64,000 nucleotides of DNA from an uncultured Gemmatimonadaceae bacterium. GTDB lineage: Bacteria; Gemmatimonadota; Gemmatimonadetes; Gemmatimonadales; Gemmatimonadaceae. Under the pieces are notes generated by a model. It had not been told where the DNA came from, ran no database searches, and was given only the letters and a program-made list of their open reading frames with translations. The stretch lies in contig CAWAGQ010000007.1 of the NCBI GenBank assembly GCA_963781585.1, positions 352,001 through 416,000 of the forward strand, read 5' to 3'. A program made the translations under genes and the position numbers. Shown in pieces: positions 20,860 through 30,438 of the stretch. Within the stretch, counting starts at the first letter, position 1; the number at the start of each line of letters is the position of its first letter.

Positions 20860-21200
20860 GGTACCGCGCGTAGTCGGAGCACGCCGTTCAGCGCCTGCGA
20901 GGCGCGCTCCCAGGTGGCGGCTTCGACGCCGAGCTGCTTCTCGCCGGCCTTCGTGAGCAGGTAGTAGCGGGCGCGCCGGTTGTGTTCAGTGACCCGCCAC
21001 TCGCTCCGGATCCAGCCCTTGCGACGCATGCGCACGAGGGCCGGGTAGAGCGATCCCTGTTGTACGCGGAACGCGCCGTTGGAGAGCTGGTCGATGCGGT
21101 GGCCGATGCCCCATCCGTGCAGCGGGGCGAGCGAAAGCGCCTTGAGCACGAGCAATTCCAGCGTGCCCTGCAGCAGGGCGGATTGGGACGCCACGGCCAT
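20856..21200 (-). CDS. PadR family regulator
   Basis: GGAGGA RBS before ATG 21200; LLQGTLELLVL, LHGWG, QGSLYPAL and NRRARYY motifs. Confidence 0.92.
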   Translation of the reverse strand: MAVASQSALLQGTLELLVLKALSLAPLHGWGIGHRIDQLSNGAFRVQQGSLYPALVRMRRKGWIRSEWRVTEHNRRARYYLLTKAGEKQLGVEAATWERASQALNGVLRLRAVP

Positions 21201-21202
21201 TC

Positions 21203-21255
21203 CTCCAGATGATCTGAAGGAGTATGCGGTCACTTCTCCAGATAATCAAGAGGAG
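21203..21255. promoter_or_regulatory. Two related operator-like boxes upstream of padR
   Basis: CTCCAGATGATCTGAAGGAG (21203-21222, near-palindromic) and CTCCAGATAATCAAGAGGAG (21236-21255), 33 bp apart. Confidence 0.55.
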
Positions 21256-21400
21256 AGCTGCCCCTGCGCGGGGCCACCGGTCCAGTGACGCCGGTCTCCC
21301 CGTGCATCGCGGCCGCTGCTGTCTTGCGGGTCTGCCGGTGCACCCCGATGTTGGCTGCGCCATGCGCGTCCGCATGAGCATTTCGTTCGGAGGACTGCCA

Positions 21401-22342
21401 ATGCGCACTCGAGTGTTGGGCGCCGTCACGGGGCTTGCGGCGGGAGCGCTTCTCGCCGCCGCGTGTTCGACCAGGAGCGGGGCGCCGGTCGCGGCCGCGC
21501 CTGCGGCAGGACTGTGGCAGGTGTACGAGCAGTCGCTGAAATCCGCGAAGTACGTCGATCTGACGCACACCATCACCCCGGACATTCCGGTGTGGAAAGG
21601 ATTCGGTCCGTCGAAGTTCGGCCCGACGGTGAATCCGGCAACCGGAAAGGCGTATGACTACGCTACCGACGGCTTCGCGGCGACGGCCTACCGGCTCTCG
21701 ACCGACCAGTTAGGCACCCAACTCGATCCGCCGGCGCACTGGGCGCCGGAGTTCCCGTCCATCGACGAGCTGCCGGCCACGTTCGCGGTGCGGCCGCTGG
21801 TCGTCATCTCGATCGCCGACCGGGTCGCGAGTGCGCCGGGATACCAACTGCAGGTGTCCGACATCGAGGACTGGGAGCGTCGGAACGGACGGATTCCCGG
21901 AGGCTCGGTCGTGATGGTGCGCTCCGACTGGTCGAAGGACTGGCCCAATCCGGATCTGGCGGCACGCACGGTGTTTCCCGGCGTGACGCTCGCCGCGCTC
22001 AAGTTCCTGCACGAGCAGCGGCACATCCTGTTCCATGGGCACGAGGCGCTCGACACCGATACCACGAGCACGCTCGAGGGCGAATCGTGGTTGATGCACA
22101 ACGGATACACGCAGGCCGAAGGCGTAGCCAATCTCGATCAGGTTCCCGAGACGGGGTGCCTGATTTCGATCGGGTATCCGAAGTTCGAGGGCGGGGTCGG
22201 CGGCTACGCCCGCTACATCGCGATCTGTCCGCCCGACTGGAAATACGGTGTGTCGGTGGGCGAAGTCCCCGATTCGCCGCTGCCGAGGAGCGAGAAACTG
22301 CTCCACTGGGACAAGGCGAAAGGGGTGCGCGTGCGGGAGTAA
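21401..22342 (+). CDS. Cyclase/kynurenine formamidase family lipoprotein
   Basis: GGAGG RBS; lipobox LLAAAC; VDLTH, QLGTQLDPPAH, VRSDWS and EGVANLDQVP motifs. Confidence 0.85.
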   Translation: MRTRVLGAVTGLAAGALLAAACSTRSGAPVAAAPAAGLWQVYEQSLKSAKYVDLTHTITPDIPVWKGFGPSKFGPTVNPATGKAYDYATDGFAATAYRLSTDQLGTQLDPPAHWAPEFPSIDELPATFAVRPLVVISIADRVASAPGYQLQVSDIEDWERRNGRIPGGSVVMVRSDWSKDWPNPDLAARTVFPGVTLAALKFLHEQRHILFHGHEALDTDTTSTLEGESWLMHNGYTQAEGVANLDQVPETGCLISIGYPKFEGGVGGYARYIAICPPDWKYGVSVGEVPDSPLPRSEKLLHWDKAKGVRVRE

Positions 22343-22353
22343 GCGACCTGCTT

Positions 22354-22845
22354 CTAGCACCGCCCCATCGTGGGCGGCGGCGGAGGGGCGGTTGGCAATT
22401 CTCCGGCCCGCGTGACCACAAAACTCAGCAGGACCTGTACGGCTCGCTTGTACACGACGAGCTGGCGCACGGGTTGATCGCCCAACCGCGCTGGAACGTA
22501 CCGCAGTTCGGGGAGCGCATCGAGAACGACGCGCTCGAGCACCGGGTTGTTGCCAGCCTTCTTCCGGACGGTTAACGGCTCGGGCAGGCCCGCGGTATCG
22601 ACGACGAACTCGAGCTCCACGCGCATGCAGCCATTTGATGCCGCGCGTCCTCCGAGGAGTTCCGTGTCGAGCTTCGGATCGGACCCCCGTTGCCGGGCCT
22701 TCCTGTCCACCTCGCAGTCCCGATACACTGGCGCGGGCGCCATCCAGGCGGAGTCAGGGGGGTTACCGGTGCAATGGCCGTTCGCTTGTGCGGTCGCACA
22801 GGCCGGAAGCACCAGCAGGCAGGCAAGCACCAGGGCAGATCGCAT
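22354..22845 (-). CDS. TonB C-terminal-domain-like exported protein
   Basis: Signal/lipobox-like start; VELEFVVDTAG...LRYVPARLGDQPVRQLV. Confidence 0.7.
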   Translation of the reverse strand: MRSALVLACLLVLPACATAQANGHCTGNPPDSAWMAPAPVYRDCEVDRKARQRGSDPKLDTELLGGRAASNGCMRVELEFVVDTAGLPEPLTVRKKAGNNPVLERVVLDALPELRYVPARLGDQPVRQLVVYKRAVQVLLSFVVTRAGELPTAPPPPPTMGRC

Positions 22846-22903
22846 ACATGTCTCTCCAGCGGCGCGCCTCATGGAAGGAGCAGCTGGACAGAACTCCCTC
22901 GCA

Positions 22904-23089
22904 TCAGGCAGTGCGCCGAAACAGGCGCCAGGCCCAGTAGCACAGCGCCGCGGCACACATGCCAATCGCGGTCTCCACCGCGAACCAGGGATCGGTGATC
23001 AGTCGTGGCCATTCGGCGATGGTCTGCCACAGGTGCACGAGCGCCAGCACCGCGAACAGCGAACCGGTCGTCACAAGATACGCTTTCAT
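22904..23089 (-). CDS. Small membrane protein (2 TM)
   Basis: 61 aa, MKAYLVTTGSLFAVLALVHLW...; GGAGG upstream. Confidence 0.7.
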   Translation of the reverse strand: MKAYLVTTGSLFAVLALVHLWQTIAEWPRLITDPWFAVETAIGMCAAALCYWAWRLFRRTA

Positions 23090-23116
23090 AATGATGGCCT
23101 CCAGTCGGATGGTGAC

Positions 23117-23875
23117 TCAGGTCGAGCGCGGCTCATACGCCAATTCGACCCGCGTGAAGAGCTGGACCATCTCTTCGGCGGCACGCGGCGCCAGAATATC
23201 GCGCGCGAAGTCCGCTGCCTGGGGGTAGTCGGTGGTCCGAACGCGCTCCGCGGCATCCTGGAGGTCATACGACGTGCGCCGCAAGGCAACATCAGGTCCG
23301 ATCAGGAGCCAATACGCCCCGGGTTCCCCGAACGGCATCCCGACACTGCCGGCGTTCACGACCCGCGTCGCCGCGACTGTTCGATCGAACTGCATGTGGG
23401 TGTGCCCGCACACCACCAAAGGTACGTGGAGTCCCGCGAAGACGGGCACGAGACGCTCCTCGGCGGTCTGCGCGCTGAAGATCTCGTTCTCATGCCGCGG
23501 TGTGCCGTGGCAGAAGAGTACTTCGCCGATTCCCGGGATGTCGAGACGCAACGTCCTGGGCCAGGCCGCCAGGACCGACCGATGCTCGGAAGACAACGTG
23601 TCCGCCGTCCATTGCATCGACCGCCGTACCGGTTCGGGCAGGCCCGGATCGGCGCCCGCCAACTGCGTGAGGATCGCCACCTCGCAGTTGCCATGGATAA
23701 ACTGCACGGGCCGGTCGAGGTCCAGCAGGCGGACGAGTGCCTCACGCGCCATGGGTCCGGGAACGACATCGCCGCCCACTACCACGCGGTCGACGTCCGC
23801 GCGCCGGACGTCGTCGAGCACTGCCTCCAGGGCCGGGAGGTTCCCATGAATGTCGTACAGGGCAGCGACCCTCAT
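23117..23875 (-). CDS. Metallophosphoesterase (calcineurin-like, YfcE-type)
   Basis: DIHGN, GD, GNCE, HG, GHTH and NAGSVG motifs. Confidence 0.9.
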   Translation of the reverse strand: MRVAALYDIHGNLPALEAVLDDVRRADVDRVVVGGDVVPGPMAREALVRLLDLDRPVQFIHGNCEVAILTQLAGADPGLPEPVRRSMQWTADTLSSEHRSVLAAWPRTLRLDIPGIGEVLFCHGTPRHENEIFSAQTAEERLVPVFAGLHVPLVVCGHTHMQFDRTVAATRVVNAGSVGMPFGEPGAYWLLIGPDVALRRTSYDLQDAAERVRTTDYPQAADFARDILAPRAAEEMVQLFTRVELAYEPRST

Positions 23876-24339
23876 GGCAGTCGTTCGTCCGCGACGACTG
23901 TCTTGCGGAAGCAGCGAATCACTCCCACGTCGCTGAACCCCACGGCGCGATGTGCCGCAGCGCTCTCCGCGTTGGCGACTCCGGTATCCGAGGCGAACTC
24001 GGAGCACCCTTGCCCCCGGGCCCATTCCTCAGCGGCGCCCACCAGGGCACGACCCACGCCGCGGCGCCTCGATTCCGGCGCCACGTACCACCCCTCGAGA
24101 TAGGCCACCCGCGTGGAGCGACACCCTTCGGCGCAGGGCCGGATCGAGAGCTCAGCGAAACCCAGGTAGCCACCGTCCGACTCCTGGGCGATGAGTACTG
24201 CCAGCGGCTCAGGGGCCCGCCCCTCGAAGAACGCGACGATCTCCGCGGCGTGTTCCGCCTCGGCGCCATCGGGCCAGAACGCCTGACGCATGCGCAGCCA
24301 CGGGCCGGCATCGTCAGGTGTGGCGAGTCGCACGATCAT
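23872..24339 (-). CDS. GNAT acetyltransferase, aminoglycoside 6'-N-acetyltransferase (AAC(6')-I)-like
   Basis: GFAELSIR..AEGC...VAYLEGWYV...RRRGVGRAL...EEWAR..GCSEFASDT...N..S..AH.A.GF. Confidence 0.8.
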   Translation of the reverse strand: MIVRLATPDDAGPWLRMRQAFWPDGAEAEHAAEIVAFFEGRAPEPLAVLIAQESDGGYLGFAELSIRPCAEGCRSTRVAYLEGWYVAPESRRRGVGRALVGAAEEWARGQGCSEFASDTGVANAESAAAHRAVGFSDVGVIRCFRKTVVADERLP

Positions 24340-25805
24340 ATGGCCCTCGCGGACCGCGCTTCGAGAGAAGCCAGCAGTGCCGGAATGAAACCTCCAAATG
24401 CGCCGTTGCTCATGACCAGGATGACATCGCCGGGTCGGGACTCGGAGGAAACGAGCCGCACCATCTCGTCCACGTCATCCAGCGCTGCGGAGTCAACACC
24501 ACGCATCTGGATCTCGCTCACCAGTCGAGGCACGTCGAGCTGCTGGTCGGCGGGCACCTTGTCGTGCGGTTCGGGGAGGCGAATGGTCGCGCGATCGGCG
24601 TGGTCGAACGCGTGGGCATACTCCGCCTGATGGATGCTGCGACGGCTGGTGTTGGAGCGCGGCTCGAACACGGCCCAGAGCCGCCGCCCCGGATAGCGCC
24701 GCCGTACGCCTTCTATAGTAGTGCGCACGGCGGTGGGGTGGTGGGCGAAATCGTCGATCACGAGCACGCCGCCGATTTCCCCTCGCGGCTCCTGACGCCG
24801 CTTCACACCCCTGAAGCTCGCCAGCCCGACCGCGATCGCGTGGTGCGGCACGCCGAGCGAACGTGCCGCCGCGTAGACGCCGGTCGCGTTCTCCACGTTG
24901 TGGAAGCCGGACATCGGCAGGAAGATCTCGCTAGCGGCAGACCCGGGACCCCGGATGACGAAGCGCGCCCCATCCGCTTCGAGACGCGCGTTCTCCGCCC
25001 GCCAGTCCGCTTCGCGATTGGCCGCATAGGTGGTAACGGGCGCGCCCGAATGCTCGCGGGCGATCGCCACCGCCGCAGGGTATGACGCGCTCACGCCAAG
25101 CCAGCCGTCGGCGGGAAGGCTGGCGCAGAATTGAGCGAATGCTGCCTCGTACTGTGTCAGGTCCCTGAAGATGTCGGCGTGATCGAATTCCACGCTGGTG
25201 AGGAGTGCCGTGCGTGCGCGGTAGTGCAGGAACTTGGGGCCCTTGTCGAAGTACGCGGTGTCGTACTCGTCTCCTTCCACCACGACGTGCTCGCCGCCGC
25301 CGAGCCGGAAGTTGGCGCCATAGTTCGCCGCCACGCCACCGACCAGGAAGGTCGGATCGAGTCCCGCCTCTACCAGCACGTGCGCCATCAGCGCCGCGGT
25401 CGTGGTCTTCCCGTGGGTGCCGGCAATGACCACGCTGTGCCGGCCGGTCAGGATCAGCGCGCCAAGGGCGGCGGGAAAGCTCATCTGGGGGATGCGGCGC
25501 TCGCGCACCGCGGTCGCTTCCGGGTTCACCCGCCGGATGACGTTGCCGATGATGACCAGATCGGGCCGCGCACGATCGAGGTTGACCGGCGCGTATGGCG
25601 TGAAGACGTCTATGCCCCACTCGTGCAGCATGTCGCTCATGGGAGGGTAGACGTTCTCGTCGCTGCCGGTCACCCGGTATCCGGCGGCCTTGAGCATCCC
25701 CGCGAACGCGCCCATGCCGGTGCCGGCCACGCCGACGAGGTGAATGCGGTTCACCGCCTGAGGCGCAAGGTGGGTGAGGATGAGACCGTGGTCCTCGTCA
25801 GGCAT
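24336..25805 (-). CDS. mpl: Murein peptide ligase (UDP-MurNAc:tripeptide ligase)
   Basis: GVAGTGMG, VYPPMS, GTHGKTTT, EGDEYDTAYFDKGPKF, DDFAHHPTA, FEPRSNT and MSNGAFGG motifs. Confidence 0.9.
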   Translation of the reverse strand: MPDEDHGLILTHLAPQAVNRIHLVGVAGTGMGAFAGMLKAAGYRVTGSDENVYPPMSDMLHEWGIDVFTPYAPVNLDRARPDLVIIGNVIRRVNPEATAVRERRIPQMSFPAALGALILTGRHSVVIAGTHGKTTTAALMAHVLVEAGLDPTFLVGGVAANYGANFRLGGGEHVVVEGDEYDTAYFDKGPKFLHYRARTALLTSVEFDHADIFRDLTQYEAAFAQFCASLPADGWLGVSASYPAAVAIAREHSGAPVTTYAANREADWRAENARLEADGARFVIRGPGSAASEIFLPMSGFHNVENATGVYAAARSLGVPHHAIAVGLASFRGVKRRQEPRGEIGGVLVIDDFAHHPTAVRTTIEGVRRRYPGRRLWAVFEPRSNTSRRSIHQAEYAHAFDHADRATIRLPEPHDKVPADQQLDVPRLVSEIQMRGVDSAALDDVDEMVRLVSSESRPGDVILVMSNGAFGGFIPALLASLEARSARAI

Positions 25806-26038
25806 TTCAGTGCCGCGCAAATGCAGGTGGCGTTCGCGAGCGCGCCCATCGGTCGCGCTCCACCCTCTCGGGGGGTCGGGCCCGCTGGGCAAATGCTGCC
25901 GCCGGAAGGGAACGGGTGGAAACTGCCGGCCCGAAGACGCGCCGTCGCCGGCGATGCTGCACCGTCGGCGTCAAACGACGCCGGAACATCGGCGTGAGGC
26001 GCTGCGAGCGCGCTGAGGCGCTGTGACGGTTGGCGGCA

Positions 26039-26099
26039 GCGGCCGGGGGATACGCGATTCGTGGCACGGCGGCCGGGGGATACGCGATTCGTGGCACGG
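26039..26099. repeat. Perfect 30-bp tandem duplication
   Basis: GGCCGGGGGATACGCGATTCGTGGCACGG occurs twice with period 30. Confidence 0.9.
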
Positions 26100-26262
26100 G
26101 CTCAGCGCGAGTGAGGGGAGCGGGCAACGGTGACGACGCCACAGTGCGCAACCGTGACTGGCGTTACGCTGCGCTCGTCAATTGATGCTGCCCCCATTGC
26201 CCCGGGCGCACAAGTGCAGCGGCGGGCGGGAAGGCGGTGACCAATCCGGGAGGCGACACCGC

Positions 26263-28319
26263 GTGCCCAACCTGGCGGTGCAGGCGGCCAGTTCCCCTGA
26301 GTCCTTGCCGGCGGAGCTCCTCGAGCTCGTCGCTGGAGCTTGGCGCTCGTCATCCAGAAGCGCGCCATGTATCCGGGCGCGCATCCCATGCTCCGCGGTG
26401 CGATCGAGGCGCTGGTGGCGAAGATGGGCACCGTCGCCGAGCTCTGGGGATCGGTGACCATCGCCGTGACCGCCGACCAGGTGCTGATCGAAGGCCGGGC
26501 GGCCGACACCGGGAATCCGATTCTCCGCGAATTCGGCGCCCACTTGCGAGCGCACCAACTGGCGGCGATAAGGTTCCTCCCCGGAGCCGACGCCGCCGAA
26601 GTGGACGACCTGGTTACCACGCTCGCCACGCCCGCCCGCCGGGTGGACCGGCCGCTTGGCACGTTAGGCGACGATGCGCTGTTCCGCTGGCGCCACGTTG
26701 CCCTGTACCCGCTCACGTTCGACGCACTCGAGTTGCGCGACCGGGAGTCCACCGATCGGCACGTTCCCGGGATCAGCGGGCAGCTGAGTGAGGTCTGGGC
26801 CGACCTCACGCGCGCGGCGCTCGGCGACGTCATCGACTCCGAGGCAACGCCGGAACGGATTTCCGATGCCATCAGCCGGCGGGCCGCCAACGGCTCGTAC
26901 AGCCGTGACGTGCTGGCCGCGCTGCTGCGAGCGGCCGGCGAGATCAGGGAACAGGACTCGCTTCAGGCCACATCGATGCGGCGACGGCTGTCCGACGTCA
27001 TCGCGACCATGAGTCCGGAGGCCCTGTCGCGCCTGCTGGAAATGGGCGGCGATGCAAACATCCGCGCCCGCTTTCTCCAGCAGTCCATGGACGTGCTCGG
27101 TACGGACGCGCTAGTGCGACTCGTGATCGCCGGCGGCGAGGCGTCAGGCGCGTCGATCTCACAGTCCATGCTGCGGCTGCTGTCGAAACTGTCGCGCAAT
27201 GCCGACGCCGGGCGCGTTCCGGGCGCAGGTACGGAACCCGAGCTGCGGCTACTGCTTCAACGGCTCACGCAGGACTGGACGCTCGACGATCCGAATCCAG
27301 GCGAATACAGCACCACGCTGCATCACCTGAGCCGACGGGGCGCGGCCGACGCCGTAACCGATCAGGCCCGCGATCAGTGCGAGCCGGATCGGGTGGTGGA
27401 ACTGTCGCTCGACGCCGACCAGTCGGGCGAGGCGACGGAACGCGCGTTGAGCCGGATGGTGGTCGTGCACGGACTGGCCGCGGTGCTCGATCGGCTGGCC
27501 GGCTTTCCGCCTACCGCATTGCGCGAGAAGCTGATCGACAGCCTGGTGAGCGGGAGCATGTTGCGCGAGCAGCTGGCGGCGGAATATCCCGACCATCGCG
27601 TGCTCCAGCACGCGGTATCTCGCTTGCGCGGGGCGGCAGTCGAGCCGCTGCTGGACGCGCTCGAGGCGCGGGCGGACACCGACACCGATTTCATTGCCGA
27701 CCTCCTCGTGACGATCGGGATCGATGCGGCACCGCCGCTGGCAGCCAGGCTCGCCACCAGCGCGCGCCAGGTGCAACAGAAGATCCTCGCGATTCTCGAC
27801 CGGCTGGACGCGTGGCCCGATACGGCGTACCTGCGGGAACTCGGACGACACCCGGACGCGGCGCTGCGACGCGAGGCGGTTCGCCTGCTGCTCAAGCACG
27901 ACGCGCTGCGCGATGACGCGATCATGTTCGCGAGCGCGGACGAGGACCTGCAGATCCTCAGTCTGGTGCTCGCGGCGGCGCTCAAGCACCCCACGGCGCG
28001 AACGGCGGAGATGCTCATGCGCCGGGTCGATGCCGATCCCCACCTGAACGCCGAGCTGCGCGGCCGGGCCGTGCGCGTCATTGCAGCGTCGGAGTCGTCC
28101 GACGGAATGCGATGGATCGCGGGCCGTATCGTGACGCGTCACTGGCTCACCCGGCGACTGCGACTCAAGCGGAAATCTCCCGAGATCGTGGCGGCGCTTG
28201 CCGGGCTGGCAGTGCATTGGAGCGACTCGACCGAGGTATTGCGGGTGCTCGAGATGGCGAAACGGAGCCGCGATTCCGAACTCCGTCGCGCGGCGTCGTT
28301 GAGACCTGTGGGGCGCTGA
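26263..28319 (+). CDS. HEAT/ARM-like helical repeat protein, apparently frameshifted near its N-terminus
   Basis: Main ORF 26340..28319 (MYPGAHP motif, HPDAALRREAVRLL repeats); likely true start is GTG 26263 after GGGAGG, in a different frame (LPAELLELV). Confidence 0.7.
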
Positions 28320-28320
28320 C

Positions 28321-29526
28321 ATGATCGAGGCGACGCGATACCTCATCTCGCTGGCGCAGGCACTCGCCAAGATGTCCCTCTATGCGGCGGGCCATCCGGC
28401 GCGTTCGCGCGCGGCCGCCGCTTCGTTCGAGCAGCTGACCGCGCTACAACTGGTCGATGCGCGACCGACCTTCTCGTTCCTGGGACGGGAAGTCGTGTTC
28501 CAGCAGCAGACCCTGCGCGACCTCGCGGACTGGGACTGGGCGGAGCGGTTCTCGGCGGTGGGTGTGCAGCGCATCGAGTTCGACGGGCACGTTGATGAAG
28601 CGGAATATCAGCTCTTCCTCGACGACGTGCTGGCCCGCCTGAATCTTCCCGACCGCGCCGTCGCTCGTCATTCCACGACCGTCGCGGGCCACGCCGATCC
28701 GTTTCGGAGCGATCGGGGTGCGCGAAGAAGCCGCGCCCACCGTCGACCCCACCAGGACCGCCAGTCCCGGGCCGCCGAGTCGTCGGGTCCCGTCGCCGTG
28801 CAGGAGGAGGTGGAAGCGGTCGAGTGGGCGCACGAAGAAGTCCGTGCCCGGCGTCGCCTTCCGGTAGCCGAGGCGGAGCTGGTGGTGAACTCGCTGCTGT
28901 TGGCGATGCGGACCGACTCGCACCTCGCGCTCCCGCTCATGACGATGAGGGATTTCGACCAGTACACGACGACCCACGCGATGAACGTGGCGGTGTTGTC
29001 GATGGGTCTGGCCGAGACGCTCGGCCTATCGGCGCGCGAGGTGCGCGCCTACGGCATCGCGGGGCTGCTGCATGACCTGGGCAAGGTGCGGGTGCCTGCC
29101 GAGCTGCTGCGCAAACCCGGTGCGCTCACCACCGAGGAGCGGAGCATCCTGCAGCGGCACACGGTCGAAGGGGCGAAGCTGATTCTCGAGGGGAGCCAGC
29201 GCCAGGAGCTGTGCGCGGTGGTGGCATTCGAACATCACATCATGATCGACGGCGGTGGTTATCCCGCGCGGCACACGCGACGCGACTGCCATCACGCCAG
29301 CGTGCTGGTGCACGTCTGCGATGTGTTCGACGCCCTCCGAACGCACCGGCCGTATCGTGTGGCGATCGCGCAGGATGCGATCGTGCGGTACATCGAAAAG
29401 CGGGCGGGCGTCGAATTCCATCCGGACATCGCGCGGGCGTTCCTGACGATGCTGCGCAACTGCCAGATCCGACGCGCCGAAGGGTTCGTCGAAGAATCGG
29501 CGCCGGTGCCGGCTCCCAGGGGGTGA
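28321..29526 (+). CDS. HD-GYP domain phosphohydrolase
   Basis: YTTTHAMNVA, LLHDLGK, KPGALT.EE, EHH..DGGGYP and CDVFDALRTHRPYR motifs. Confidence 0.88.
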   Translation: MIEATRYLISLAQALAKMSLYAAGHPARSRAAAASFEQLTALQLVDARPTFSFLGREVVFQQQTLRDLADWDWAERFSAVGVQRIEFDGHVDEAEYQLFLDDVLARLNLPDRAVARHSTTVAGHADPFRSDRGARRSRAHRRPHQDRQSRAAESSGPVAVQEEVEAVEWAHEEVRARRRLPVAEAELVVNSLLLAMRTDSHLALPLMTMRDFDQYTTTHAMNVAVLSMGLAETLGLSAREVRAYGIAGLLHDLGKVRVPAELLRKPGALTTEERSILQRHTVEGAKLILEGSQRQELCAVVAFEHHIMIDGGGYPARHTRRDCHHASVLVHVCDVFDALRTHRPYRVAIAQDAIVRYIEKRAGVEFHPDIARAFLTMLRNCQIRRAEGFVEESAPVPAPRG

Positions 29527-29615
29527 GGCCGGGCGGCCGGCCGCCGACCGTCGGCTCGCGCGCGATGGTATGCGGCGCTCGCACGCTTCGCCGGTGCCCC
29601 CGCGGCTCGCGGCGG

Positions 29616-29924
29616 TCAGGCCCCACCGACTCCAAGGAAGCGGGGAGCCCCCACGGTCAGCACAAGTAGGAGGGCCAGCAGGAGCCCGCTCGCCTACAAC
29701 CCCGCCCCCGCGAGCGAACGGGCCAGTCCAGCGCGACGTCGCCAGTACACCAGCGCCGCCGTCGCGTAGGCCGCCGACCACAGCACCCAGGGCACCACGA
29801 GGATGATGTCCTTCTCGCCGCCTCCGAAGTTCAGCAAACCGCGGTTGATGGCTGATGCCAACGCCGGTGTCAGGACGAGCGGAAGAAGCGCGGTGGTGAG
29901 TCGGACAACCGGATGATCTGACAT
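29616..29924 (-). pseudogene. Small membrane protein interrupted by an in-frame TAG
   Basis: ORF 29924-29694 stops at TAG, but the same frame continues as a hydrophobic helix (ASGLLLALLLVLTVGAPRFLGVGGA) to TGA at 29616. Confidence 0.55.
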
Positions 29925-30029
29925 CGATGATGCCGCTCCTCACGGCGACGTTCGCGCGGTCAAGGAGTCTACGGCCGGGATGGGACGGCGCCAGTCGGTC
30001 ATCCTTCGCTCGAATCGCGCCGTCTCACC

Positions 30030-30087
30030 TTGACGCCCGCCCCGGGCGATTGTAGATAATCGAGGTGTAATTGTAGATAAACTAGGT
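30030..30087 (+). promoter_or_regulatory. Candidate promoter with a duplicated operator upstream of padR
   Basis: TTGACG (30030) 17 bp before TAGATA; direct repeats ATTGTAGATAATCGAGGT (30049) and ATTGTAGATAAACTAGGT (30070), 21 bp apart. Confidence 0.6.
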
Positions 30088-30099
30088 ACATCGGCCACC

Positions 30100-30426
30100 A
30101 TGCGGCCTTCGGACCTCATTCAGGGCACGCTCGACGTGCTGATCCTCAAGGCGGTCGCTGCGGAGCCGCGGCACGGCTGGGCGATCGCCAAGCGCATCCA
30201 GGCCGTCTCGGGCGATGTGCTCCAGGTGAAGCAGGGCTCCCTCTATCCCGCGCTGCACCGGCTCGAGCACCAGGGCCTGATCCGCGGCGAGTGGCGCACG
30301 CATGAGACCGGCCGCGAAGCGAAGTTCTATTCGCTCACCCGAGCCGGTCGCGCCCAGCTCCAGGACGAGATCACGCAATGGGAGCGGCTCTCGGCCGCGA
30401 TGCGGCTCGTCCTGCGCAACGCCTAG
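30100..30426 (+). CDS. PadR family regulator
   Basis: LIQGTLDVLILK, RHGWAI, QGSLYPALHRLE and REAKFYSLT motifs. Confidence 0.93.
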   Translation: MRPSDLIQGTLDVLILKAVAAEPRHGWAIAKRIQAVSGDVLQVKQGSLYPALHRLEHQGLIRGEWRTHETGREAKFYSLTRAGRAQLQDEITQWERLSAAMRLVLRNA

Positions 30427-30438
30427 CGGCCGGTCACG

